DNA of 64,000 nt, from NCBI GenBank assembly GCA_903920455.1, contig CAIXLY010000079.1, positions 25,937 to 89,936 of the forward strand. The letters run 5' to 3'. The DNA is from an uncultured bacterium (GTDB lineage Bacteria > Bacteroidota > Bacteroidia > Chitinophagales > Chitinophagaceae). The translations under genes were made by a program, and so were the position numbers. Each line of letters begins with the position of its first letter. The stretch's first letter is position 1. Of this stretch, positions 10,087-18,951 are shown one piece after another. The notes beneath the pieces were generated by a model that did no database searches, was not told the DNA's origin, and worked only from the letters and a program-made list of their open reading frames with translations.

Positions 10087-11199
10087 TTAGAAATAACTAA
10101 GGTTTGTTTTTGGATTGAGTGCAAGCAGTGTTTCATACATGAGGTAGATGGTTGACTCAACATCATCTTTATGCAGCATCTCAACAGTTGTATGCATATA
10201 TTTTAGCGGAAGTGAAATCAATACTGAAGGACATCCATCATTTGCATATGCGAAAGAATCTGTATCTGTTCCGGTGCTTCTGCTCACTGTTCTCATTTGA
10301 AGAGGAATCTTTTTCTTGCTTGCAACATCTTCTACAACAGATAGTAGTTTGTTGTGCACAGCGGGTCCGAATGCGAGCGAAGGGCCCTTGCCGCATGCCA
10401 CATCACCCTCGATTATCTTATTGACCATTGGAGTGGTTGTGTCGTGTGTAACATCCGTGATGATTGCAATATCTGGCTTTATTCTTCTGGCCATCATTTC
10501 AGCACCACGTAAGCCGATTTCTTCCTGAACAGCATTTACAATATAGAGTGCGTAAGGAAGTTTTTTCTTGTTCGCTTTCAGCATTCTGGCCACTTCAGCA
10601 ATCATAAAACCTCCAATTCTATTGTCCATTGCCCTGCCAATTAGGTAGTCGTATGCAAGCTCATCATATCCCTCCTCGTAAGTTGCAACCGCCCCAATGT
10701 GAATGCCCAGCATTTCAACCTCTCTTTTATTTTTTGCACCACAATCGAGGAAAAGGTTTTCTACACTAGGTTGAGGATCTTTTCTTTCATTGCCTCCCAT
10801 TCTTGTGTGAATTGCGGGCCATCCAAAAACAGCTTTCACTGAACCTTTCTTACCATGTATGAGCACGCGTTTTCCTGGTGCAATCTGATGATCAATACCA
10901 CCATTTCTTTTAAGGTAGATAAGGCCCTCGGTGGATATATAATTGACAAACCAACTGATTTCGTCGGCATGCGCTTCGATAACAACTTTAAATTTTTCTG
11001 ATGGGTTGATAATACCTGCTGCAGACCCGTATGGATCGGTGAAAGTTTCATCAACAAAAGGCTTAATATAATTCAACCATAGTTTTTGTCCGCCTGATTC
11101 AAATCCAGTAGGGGATGGGGTATTGATGTAGTTTCTTAAAAAGCTATATGAAACGTCTGTAAGAAATCTTTTTGATTTTCCTTTTGTGGATTTGACCAT
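10087..11199 (-). CDS. M42 family metallo-aminopeptidase
   Basis: AHADEI, AMDNRIG, VQEEIGLRGA, DVTH, GTDTD and YMHT motifs. Confidence 0.93.
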   Translation of the reverse strand: MVKSTKGKSKRFLTDVSYSFLRNYINTPSPTGFESGGQKLWLNYIKPFVDETFTDPYGSAAGIINPSEKFKVVIEAHADEISWFVNYISTEGLIYLKRNGGIDHQIAPGKRVLIHGKKGSVKAVFGWPAIHTRMGGNERKDPQPSVENLFLDCGAKNKREVEMLGIHIGAVATYEEGYDELAYDYLIGRAMDNRIGGFMIAEVARMLKANKKKLPYALYIVNAVQEEIGLRGAEMMARRIKPDIAIITDVTHDTTTPMVNKIIEGDVACGKGPSLAFGPAVHNKLLSVVEDVASKKKIPLQMRTVSRSTGTDTDSFAYANDGCPSVLISLPLKYMHTTVEMLHKDDVESTIYLMYETLLALNPKTNLSYF

Positions 11200-11229
11200 G
11201 GGTAAAATTTAAATGATGGACAGTGTAAA

Positions 11230-11664
11230 TTATCGCTCTATGATAATTGGAGGAGTACTGATGGTATCGCTTTTATTATTTTTTTCATCTTTAACCCAGA
11301 ACCTAAAGGTTGCTGTGTCAGAGTCATTGCAACGGGGTTGAAGTTCTACAGGGTATGAAAATGAAACAATAACCTCTCCATCAAAATTTCTTGTTCTTGG
11401 AGTCTCAGCTGGAATTCTATATAGGGTAGAATCTATGAAATCACTTGATTCACAGCTAGTCGTTGTTTTCATCACCCAGATGGTATCAACAATATCTCCT
11501 TCCATGTCTGTAAGTCGCATGATAATCTGAAGATCATATCCGATTGGCACAAAGGTTGAGCTAACGCTTTTAAGTTGTAATATGGGTTTTGACTGGAAAG
11601 CATCTTTCCCGCAAGCAGAAATAAACAACATGGTGAGGGATAGGGCGATTAACCGATTTGTCAT
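11230..11664 (-). CDS. Hypothetical lipoprotein
   Basis: Lipobox ISAC at residues 15-18; beta-rich mature part. Confidence 0.7.
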   Translation of the reverse strand: MTNRLIALSLTMLFISACGKDAFQSKPILQLKSVSSTFVPIGYDLQIIMRLTDMEGDIVDTIWVMKTTTSCESSDFIDSTLYRIPAETPRTRNFDGEVIVSFSYPVELQPRCNDSDTATFRFWVKDEKNNKSDTISTPPIIIER

Positions 11665-11701
11665 GTACCTTTATTATCTATTCAAAATTAACCGATTCAA
11701 G

Positions 11702-12712
11702 TTGAAAAACCTATTCGGACATCAGCAATTTAGAGAAGATTTAACCCTTCAGGGGTTAGATCAGTTTGCCCAACAAGCGTTTGCCTTGTTTAGCAGGCAG
11801 GCAGCGCACAACCCACTTTACAGATCTTACTTAGATATACTGGCCATTGAGCCAGCTTCAATCCAACAATTAAATAGAATTCCCTTTCTTCCTATTCGAT
11901 TTTTTAAGTCGCATGACATCCAAACAGGTGAATTTAATCCAGCGTACTGTTTTGAAAGCAGTGGAACAACTGGTGCTGTAAATAGCCGCCATTGTATCAA
12001 GAGCATGACTGGGTACCTTGAAAATGCGAAAGCGAACTTTATTGAATTTTATGGAGATCCTTCGGATTACTGCATTCTTGCACTTTTGCCGTCTTACTTG
12101 GAACGAAAGCACTCCTCCTTGGTGTCTATGGCCGATCATTTGATAAAAGAAAGTGGTCATCCTAAAAGTGGATTTTTTCTTCATGACCTTTCTCGTTTGC
12201 ATGATGTAATCCAAGGATTGGAAGCTGAGGGCAAAAGAACTTTGTTGCTCGGGGTAACTTACGCATTGCTTGATTTTGCTGAGGCCTATCCAATGAAATT
12301 GAGAAATACTATAGTCATGGAAACGGGAGGAATGAAAGGCCGAAGGGAAGAGATAACACGATCTCAGCTTCATGATTTTTTAAAAGACCGCTTAGACATT
12401 GAGATGGTGCATGCTGAATATGGAATGACGGAGTTGCTTTCTCAGGCTTACTCTTTTGGGGAAGGGATATTTGAGCCTTCATCAACCATGCAAATTCTGA
12501 TGCGGTCAACCGATGACCCTTTTGAGGTGTGGATGGCTGATGAATACCCAATGCGAAGTGGGGTTATCAATGTGATCGATCTTGCTAATAAAGACTCAAT
12601 TGCGTTTATTGCAACAGATGACCTTGGAAGATTTACTGGAGATGGAGGATTTGAAGTCACTGGTAGGTTGGATAACTGTGATATCAGGGGGTGTAGCTTG
12701 CTCTCCGTATAA
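11702..12712 (+). CDS. LuxE-like acyl-protein synthetase / acyl transferase (ANL superfamily)
   Basis: ESSGTTG P-loop, METGGMKG, HAEYGMTELLSQAY, IATDDLG, RGCSLL. Start probably TTG 11702; the track ORF start overlaps the divergent gene. Confidence 0.85.
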   Translation: MKNLFGHQQFREDLTLQGLDQFAQQAFALFSRQAAHNPLYRSYLDILAIEPASIQQLNRIPFLPIRFFKSHDIQTGEFNPAYCFESSGTTGAVNSRHCIKSMTGYLENAKANFIEFYGDPSDYCILALLPSYLERKHSSLVSMADHLIKESGHPKSGFFLHDLSRLHDVIQGLEAEGKRTLLLGVTYALLDFAEAYPMKLRNTIVMETGGMKGRREEITRSQLHDFLKDRLDIEMVHAEYGMTELLSQAYSFGEGIFEPSSTMQILMRSTDDPFEVWMADEYPMRSGVINVIDLANKDSIAFIATDDLGRFTGDGGFEVTGRLDNCDIRGCSLLSV

Positions 12713-12764
12713 TTATTGAGCTACTTGGTGATAAAGCCTTTAATTTTGGATTAACAACTAACAC

Positions 12765-12932
12765 ATGAGTGTACTTAAACAAATTGCCACCTATTTATAT
12801 CTTAGAAAAAAAGATCCCAACACACCAGATTCTTCTTGGGTAAATTATATGCATGGCATCAATAGGATTTCGCTATTGCTTTTTCTATTCGCAATTGTTG
12901 TGATTATTGTGAAGCTGATTTTGAAAAAGTGA
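12765..12932 (+). CDS. Small membrane protein, DUF6728-like (55 aa), absent from the ORF track
   Basis: Hand translation MSVLKQIATYLYLRKKDPNTPDSSWVNYMHGINRISLLLFLFAIVVIIVKLILKK; MHGINRIS plus C-terminal TM; fills the gap exactly up to the lpxB stop. Confidence 0.8.
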   Translation: MSVLKQIATYLYLRKKDPNTPDSSWVNYMHGINRISLLLFLFAIVVIIVKLILKK

Positions 12933-12934
12933 TG

Positions 12935-14056
12935 TTAGGCCATCGAGTAAATAATTGATGCTGCCTTCTCAGAAGCTTTTCCTCCGGCACTGAGTAATGT
13001 ATGAAGCGCCTGATAGTCTGATGCGTGTTGTTGTTTGGTAGAATCGTCCATAAGAATCTTTGATAATTCTCTCTTGATATTGATGGGATTAAGTTCATCT
13101 TGAATAAGCTCCGTTACCACTGAGCGATTCATGATAAGGTTAACTAGAGAGATATAGGCTACCTTAATGATTCTTTTTGCAATGGCATAAGATATCGGAG
13201 AACCCTTGTAGCAGACAACTTGAGGAACGCCAAAGAGCGCTGTTTCGAGTGTGGCAGTTCCAGAAGTCACCAATGCTGCATCCGCAATGGATAGCAAGCC
13301 ATATGTGTCTCCTTTCAATACATGTACATTGTTGTATGCTTTGGTATACTGCCTTATCAATTCATCACCTATTCCTGGGGCTTGTGCTACCACAAATTCC
13401 TGTTCAGGGAAGTCCAAACTCGCTTTTAGCATGATGGGTAACTTCTTTTCAATTTCCTGTTTTCTTGATCCCGGAAGCAGTGCAATTATTTTTTTGTCAG
13501 TTGAAATTCCTAGTGAGGCTTTTGTTTCTGCAGGATGACTGGTGCTCTTGAATGCATCAATGATTTCTATAAGTGGATGCCCTACATAGGCAACTTCAAA
13601 ATCCCATTTTTTATAGAATTCTTTTTCAAAAGGAAGTATCACCAACATCTTGTCGATTACCTTTCTCAATGTGTTGACACGATTTTCTTTCCAAGCCCAT
13701 ACCTGTGGTGAAATATAATATGCTGTTTTATATTCCTTCTGTTTTGCAAATTTTGCAATTGGGATATTAAATCCTGGATAATCTACAAAGATGACAATAT
13801 CTGGGTTAAACTGAACGAGATCTCTTTTGCAGTATCTCATGTTTCCAAGTATGGTAGGCAGGTTTGCAATGACTTCTATAAAACCCATAAAAGCCAATTC
13901 CCTATAGTGTTTCACGATTACCGCGCCTTCCTTTTCCATCAAGTCGCCCCCCCAAGCCCTTACGTTGGCATCAGGATCTTTTTGTCGCAGGGCCTGTATC
14001 AATCTGCTGGCATGCAAATCTCCTGAAGCTTCTCCTGCGATGATGTAGTATTTCAT
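12935..14056 (-). CDS. lpxB: Lipid-A-disaccharide synthase
   Basis: MKYYIIAGEASGDLH, VDYPGFN, SPQVWAW, LLPGSR, SGTATLE. ATG at 14056. Confidence 0.97.
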   Translation of the reverse strand: MKYYIIAGEASGDLHASRLIQALRQKDPDANVRAWGGDLMEKEGAVIVKHYRELAFMGFIEVIANLPTILGNMRYCKRDLVQFNPDIVIFVDYPGFNIPIAKFAKQKEYKTAYYISPQVWAWKENRVNTLRKVIDKMLVILPFEKEFYKKWDFEVAYVGHPLIEIIDAFKSTSHPAETKASLGISTDKKIIALLPGSRKQEIEKKLPIMLKASLDFPEQEFVVAQAPGIGDELIRQYTKAYNNVHVLKGDTYGLLSIADAALVTSGTATLETALFGVPQVVCYKGSPISYAIAKRIIKVAYISLVNLIMNRSVVTELIQDELNPINIKRELSKILMDDSTKQQHASDYQALHTLLSAGGKASEKAASIIYSMA

Positions 14057-14078
14057 GGTTGATACAAGATTGGTTCGC

Positions 14079-14378
14079 TTATCCAAAAAATTTAAATATC
14101 AGTGCGGATGAAGCGTATATCAGTGTCACTGTGAAAATGCCCTTTGCGGTTTTGTCCCTTTCGCCATTGATAAACACAGTGAACAAAACAATATTGAGTA
14201 AAAGACATGGTATTGTTATTGCAGTAACCAGTTGTTTATTTGTTCGAAGGGTGGATATGAAATCAGCAAATCCAAAGAAGCTGAATTTCCAATAGTAATA
14301 CCCAAAGAAACTAATCATCGGCATAATGAGTCCAATGATTATTCCATAGGCGAAATTGTCTTTCTTGAAGATTACCAT
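14079..14378 (-). CDS. Hypothetical small multi-TM membrane protein
   Basis: About 3 hydrophobic segments; overlaps the surE stop and sits between surE and lpxB. Confidence 0.7.
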   Translation of the reverse strand: MVIFKKDNFAYGIIIGLIMPMISFFGYYYWKFSFFGFADFISTLRTNKQLVTAITIPCLLLNIVLFTVFINGERDKTAKGIFTVTLIYASSALIFKFFG

Positions 14379-15175
14379 GTATAGTCTTTTTCTATTTTCT
14401 TTTTGATTGCATAGTTGGTGAGATCGTACTGTACAGGAACGATGCTAACGTAATTATTCTTGAGGGCCCAGACATCTGTTTCTTTGCTTTTTTCCAAATT
14501 GAGAAATTCGCCAGTAAGCCAGAAATATTTTTTTCCGGAGGGATCTTTTCTTTCCTCAAATTCTTCCTCATACTTGGCGTAAGCCTGTTTGCAAACTTTT
14601 ACCCCTTTGATTAGGTCTACATCGCCAGTGGGGATGTTTACATTAAGGCAGAGGTGTTTGTCTGCTTTTTTAGACAACATGGTTTCTACAATCATTCGGG
14701 CATATTTTCTTGCACCGGTAAAATCTGCCTCTAGGCTATAGTCCAGCAGGGAGAATCCTGCTGAAGGAATATTTTCAATTGATGCTTCAATGGCAGCACT
14801 CATTGTGCCTGAGTAGATTACATTAATAGAATGATTAGCCCCATGGTTGATTCCGCTTATGCAGATATCGGGTTTTCGGTGTAGCACTTTGTCCACCGCA
14901 AGTTTTACACAATCAACTGGCGTTCCACTACAGCTCCAGGTTTCGATTCCCTCCATGACATGAACGCGTTGCAGCCTCAAGGGATATCCAATCGTAATGG
15001 CATGTCCCATTCCTGATTGGGGTTTGTCAGGGGCCACCACGACTATTCTGCCTAGGCCTTTAACTGCTTCCACCAGGTTCATGATGCCAGGGGCTGTTAT
15101 GCCATCATCATTTACTACGAGAATGATCGGTAATTCCTTCTTTTTTGCTGTTCCTTTCTTCTTTTTCGTTGCCAT
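14372..15175 (-). CDS. surE: 5'/3'-nucleotidase SurE
   Basis: VVNDDG, SGTPVDCV, SGINHGAN, YSGTMSAA. ATG at 15175. Confidence 0.96.
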   Translation of the reverse strand: MATKKKKGTAKKKELPIILVVNDDGITAPGIMNLVEAVKGLGRIVVVAPDKPQSGMGHAITIGYPLRLQRVHVMEGIETWSCSGTPVDCVKLAVDKVLHRKPDICISGINHGANHSINVIYSGTMSAAIEASIENIPSAGFSLLDYSLEADFTGARKYARMIVETMLSKKADKHLCLNVNIPTGDVDLIKGVKVCKQAYAKYEEEFEERKDPSGKKYFWLTGEFLNLEKSKETDVWALKNNYVSIVPVQYDLTNYAIKKKIEKDYTW

Positions 15176-15265
15176 AATAGTGGTTAAAAGTAGCACATAA
15201 TTTGCTGAAGATGGTGTGATAAGGGTCCTTGCCTCACTAAAAATTTAGCAAAAAATACATTGAAA

Positions 15266-15280
15266 ACTAAATTATTTAGT
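15266..15280. promoter_or_regulatory. Palindromic operator ACTAA-ATTAT-TTAGT (CTAA-N5-TTAG)
   Basis: 7-bp arms ACTAAAT/ATTTAGT around a central T, 23 nt upstream of the HTH-S24 repressor ATG, in the divergent promoter region shared with surE. Confidence 0.65.
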
Positions 15281-15303
15281 ATATTGCCCCCAAATTCATT
15301 AGT

Positions 15304-16059
15304 ATGTCACAATCATTTGCCGGACAAAACCTCAAGTATCTGCGAAAGTTAAAGGGCCTTACCCAAGAAGAGTTTGCAAATAAACTTCAAATTAAACGCT
15401 CTCTTTTGGGCGCTTATGAAGAGGACCGTGCTGAGCCTAGAATTGATGTATTGGAAATTGTAAGTGATCAGTTCGAGATCAGTCTTGATGATTTACTGCG
15501 TCGAGATCTTAGTGAGTCAAAGACCAACTATTTGGCTAAGCGCAGGCAACAAAAGTTAGGTGGTGAAAGCAATCTTGTACACTTTGTTCCTGTAAAAGCA
15601 GCGGCGGGTTATTTGGCAGGCTATGCGGATGAGGAGTTTATTGATGAGCTGAATACGTTCACCCTGCCAATGCTGGGAAGTGGCCACTACAGGGCCTTTG
15701 AGATTATTGGTGATAGCATGCTGCCTACCCCGACCGGTTCAATTATAGTTGGACAAAAGATTGATTCCTTAGCCGATGTGAAGCAGCATTCCACTTATAT
15801 TGTAGTGAGCCGAAATGAGGGGATTGTATACAAAAGGGTGTCGATGTCAGCAAAGTCAAAAAGTAAGGTCACCCTGACCAGTGATAATCCTTCATTCCAG
15901 CCATATAATATAAATGCCGAGGATGTACTCGAAATCTGGCAGGCCCAAATCGTAATTACAAAAGTTGCCCAGCAGCAACGGTGGGATGTTGGCCAGCTCG
16001 CCAACCTTGTTACTAATCTACAAGAGCAGGTCAGTTCAATGAAAAAACGAATGAACTAA
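15304..16059 (+). CDS. XRE/CI-type HTH plus S24 peptidase repressor (candidate non-canonical LexA)
   Basis: N-terminal HTH_3 (LTQEEFA...RSLLGAYEEDRAEP), Ala-Gly cleavage site in KAAAGY, catalytic Ser (GDSM) and Lys (YKRV). Confidence 0.88.
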   Translation: MSQSFAGQNLKYLRKLKGLTQEEFANKLQIKRSLLGAYEEDRAEPRIDVLEIVSDQFEISLDDLLRRDLSESKTNYLAKRRQQKLGGESNLVHFVPVKAAAGYLAGYADEEFIDELNTFTLPMLGSGHYRAFEIIGDSMLPTPTGSIIVGQKIDSLADVKQHSTYIVVSRNEGIVYKRVSMSAKSKSKVTLTSDNPSFQPYNINAEDVLEIWQAQIVITKVAQQQRWDVGQLANLVTNLQEQVSSMKKRMN

Positions 16060-16147
16060 TCAGTTTTTGGTTCAAAAATCAGTCGGCTGCAATAATTTAT
16101 ACACACACCGTTGATAAACTTGGTTTACGAAGGCTGGGTCATTCGTT

Positions 16148-16155
16148 TATCTTTG
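16148..16155 (+). promoter_or_regulatory. Bacteroidota primary-sigma -7 element upstream of parE
   Basis: TATCTTTG matches TAnnTTTG about 57 nt before the parE ATG; coordinates approximate. Confidence 0.55.
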
Positions 16156-16211
16156 ACCACCACCGATCCATTTTGGAGTTCGGCCGGTTTATAATATTTA
16201 AGTGAAGAAGA

Positions 16212-18107
16212 ATGGCTAAGCAGCAGGAAAATAAAGTTTATGAATACAACGAAGACTCAATAAGGAGTCTTGACTGGAAAGAACATATTCGGTTGCGTCC
16301 AGGTATGTACATTGGTAAGCTTGGTGATGGAAGCAGTCAAGATGATGGAATCTATGTACTTCTAAAAGAGGTAATGGATAACTGCATAGATGAGCACATG
16401 ATGGGCTATGGCAAGCAAATTGACCTATCGCTTGAAGGTAAAGAGGTTACGATACGTGACTATGGACGGGGAATTCCTTTGGGGAAATTGGTTGACGTAG
16501 TGAGCAAGATAAATACCGGCGCAAAATACGACAGCAAGGCCTTTCAAAAGAGTGTGGGGCTAAATGGGGTTGGTACCAAAGCAGTGAATGCTTTGAGTGA
16601 ATATTTTAAGGTAATTGCTTATCGTGATGGTAAGGAAAAAGTTGCCGAATTCAAAAGAGGCGAGCTGATCAAAGAGCATAAGGAAGCGAGTTCAACTGAA
16701 TCCAACGGAACACTTGTCATTTTTATCCCTGATGAAGCCATATTCCGTAACTATCATTACATATCTGATTATATAGATAAGCAACTTTGGAATTATTGCT
16801 ACCTCAATGCTGGACTCATCATCAATTACAACGGACGCAAGTTTGTTAGTAAAAATGGACTACTTGATTTGCTACATCGAAATGCAAATGAGGATGAGCT
16901 AAGATATCCTGTTATTCACTTGAAAGGTGAAGACATCGAAGTGGCATTGTCTCATAACAACGAATATGGAGAAGATATATACAGCTTCGTAAACGGACAA
17001 TATACCACTCAAGGAGGAACGCATGTCGTCGCCTTTAGGGAGGCATTCGTAAAAACAATTCGTGATTTTTTCAAAAAGGATTATGATACCTCTGATATCC
17101 GTCAGAGTATTGTAGCAGCTGTAGCCGTTAGGGTTCAAGAGCCGGTTTTTGAGTCACAGACAAAAACAAAATTGGGGTCTCAATATGTTTTTGAAGGTGG
17201 GCCTTCTATGAAGAATTTTATGATTGAGTTCTTTTCTAGGGAACTCGACAATTATCTTCACAAGAATCCGGCTGTAGCGGAGGCGATGAAAAAGAGGATT
17301 GAGCAAAGTGAAAGGGAAAGAAAAGAGCTTGCAGGGATAAAAAAATTGGCTAATGAACGCGCAAAGAAAGCCAATCTTCACAACAAGAAACTTCGTGATT
17401 GCAGGGTTCATTTGAATGAAGAACCTCCTGCAAAAGGCAAGGAAGAGTTCATTGCAAAGAAATTACTGAGCACAATTTTTATTACGGAAGGAGATTCTGC
17501 AAGTGGTTCCATTACCAAATCAAGGGAGGTTGAAACTCAGGCCGTATTCAGTTTGCGTGGAAAGCCATTGAACTCATATGGCCTCACAAAAAAAGTTGTT
17601 TACGAAAACGAGGAGTTTAATTTGCTTCAACATGCATTGAATATTGAAGATGGAATGGACGACCTGCGGTACAACAACATCATTATTGCAACTGATGCTG
17701 ATGTTGATGGGATGCATATTCGTTTGCTGCTTATGACCTTTTTTCTTCAATTCTTTCCCGACCTCGTAAGAGATGGACACGTGTATATACTTGAAACTCC
17801 TTTGTTTCGGGTAAGAAATAAACAGGAGACGATTTACTGTTATTCGGAGCAGGAAAAGAATGATGCTGTGCAAAAGATCGGCAGCAAGGCAGAAATAACT
17901 AGGTTCAAGGGATTGGGTGAAATTTCACCGGATGAGTTCAAGCGTTTTATTGGTCCAGATATGAAGAAGACTCCAGTTATACTGGAAGCCCAAATTCATA
18001 TTCAACATATGCTTGAATATTATATGGGTAAAAACACACAAGAGCGACAAGACTTCATTGTTTCCAATTTGCGGGTAGACTTAGATACAATTAAAGAATC
18101 AATTTAA
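16212..18107 (+). CDS. parE: DNA topoisomerase IV subunit B
   Basis: [15 protein letters not shown] motifs ([22 protein letters not shown]), Toprim EGDSA, LRGK, DADVDG; short C-terminus. Confidence 0.93.
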   Translation: MAKQQENKVYEYNEDSIRSLDWKEHIRLRPGMYIGKLGDGSSQDDGIYVLLKEVMDNCIDEHMMGYGKQIDLSLEGKEVTIRDYGRGIPLGKLVDVVSKINTGAKYDSKAFQKSVGLNGVGTKAVNALSEYFKVIAYRDGKEKVAEFKRGELIKEHKEASSTESNGTLVIFIPDEAIFRNYHYISDYIDKQLWNYCYLNAGLIINYNGRKFVSKNGLLDLLHRNANEDELRYPVIHLKGEDIEVALSHNNEYGEDIYSFVNGQYTTQGGTHVVAFREAFVKTIRDFFKKDYDTSDIRQSIVAAVAVRVQEPVFESQTKTKLGSQYVFEGGPSMKNFMIEFFSRELDNYLHKNPAVAEAMKKRIEQSERERKELAGIKKLANERAKKANLHNKKLRDCRVHLNEEPPAKGKEEFIAKKLLSTIFITEGDSASGSITKSREVETQAVFSLRGKPLNSYGLTKKVVYENEEFNLLQHALNIEDGMDDLRYNNIIIATDADVDGMHIRLLLMTFFLQFFPDLVRDGHVYILETPLFRVRNKQETIYCYSEQEKNDAVQKIGSKAEITRFKGLGEISPDEFKRFIGPDMKKTPVILEAQIHIQHMLEYYMGKNTQERQDFIVSNLRVDLDTIKESI

Positions 18108-18113
18108 TTATAG

Positions 18114-18941
18114 ATGATACATGTAGTTTTTAATGAGCAAGATGTTGAAGCGATTTCAAAGGCTTTCGAGTTGGATGAAACAATGGCAGGAAAAGTTATG
18201 GTTGTCCGTGATGATTTTGCAGTAGGGCCATTGGAAAATATATCTACACCCGAGGGTGCTGTCATCCGAAAGGAGTGGTGGCAAAATGTGTTAACAGGAG
18301 GTGATCAGCATGCAATCACGGAAGAGGGAAAAGTTAATGATGAGGAGGTGGTGCGCGATATTGTAGAATTGCTTGAACAAGACCATGACGAAGTGATTTG
18401 GATTTGGGCTGCTCAAAATAAACATGATGTGTGTGGGTATTATTGGCTGGTGAGTCAACTTGCTGCATTTCAAGGAAGAATTTTTATTCTTTATCTTAAT
18501 AATCTTCCATTCATCAGCGATAAGGGAACAATTTTTTATCCTGATTGGCTTAGCCAGATTCCATCAAAAGAATTTCTTAAGGCAAAAAAACTTGCAAGAC
18601 CGGTAACGGCTAGTGAGTTTGAGATTGATTCAGATGAGTGGAATAAAATTTGTGCTGAAGCAAGTTTGGTTCGCTTATTGGATGGGGGTAAGAAAATTAT
18701 TCACCGAGCGATTGATTTTTATGATGCAGACCTCGTGCGTTATATTTCTGGGGATAAGCAAAAGGCATCAAAAATCATTCATGCTTTCTTGTCAAAAAAT
18801 AAAGAAATCACTGGTGATGCTTTCTTATTGTGGAGGCTTAAACATATTGCAACAACCGGCACCTATGAAGTGCAGGGTGAGTTGAAGGGAATCAAGGATT
18901 TTGAGATTAGCAAGCGTTCTAGCACTGAAGCGGCTGACTAA
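18114..18941 (+). CDS. DUF1835(-DUF3658)-type protein of unknown function
   Basis: MIHVVF, DDFAVGPL, IWAAQNKHDVCGYYW, GDAFLLWRL motifs as I recall them for DUF1835. Confidence 0.75.
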   Translation: MIHVVFNEQDVEAISKAFELDETMAGKVMVVRDDFAVGPLENISTPEGAVIRKEWWQNVLTGGDQHAITEEGKVNDEEVVRDIVELLEQDHDEVIWIWAAQNKHDVCGYYWLVSQLAAFQGRIFILYLNNLPFISDKGTIFYPDWLSQIPSKEFLKAKKLARPVTASEFEIDSDEWNKICAEASLVRLLDGGKKIIHRAIDFYDADLVRYISGDKQKASKIIHAFLSKNKEITGDAFLLWRLKHIATTGTYEVQGELKGIKDFEISKRSSTEAAD

Positions 18942-18951
18942 AAAACAAGAC

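Noticed and set aside
15304-16059. Prophage repressor or prophage remnant
   Set aside because: No integrase, cro, structural genes or att sites; both flanks are housekeeping genes.
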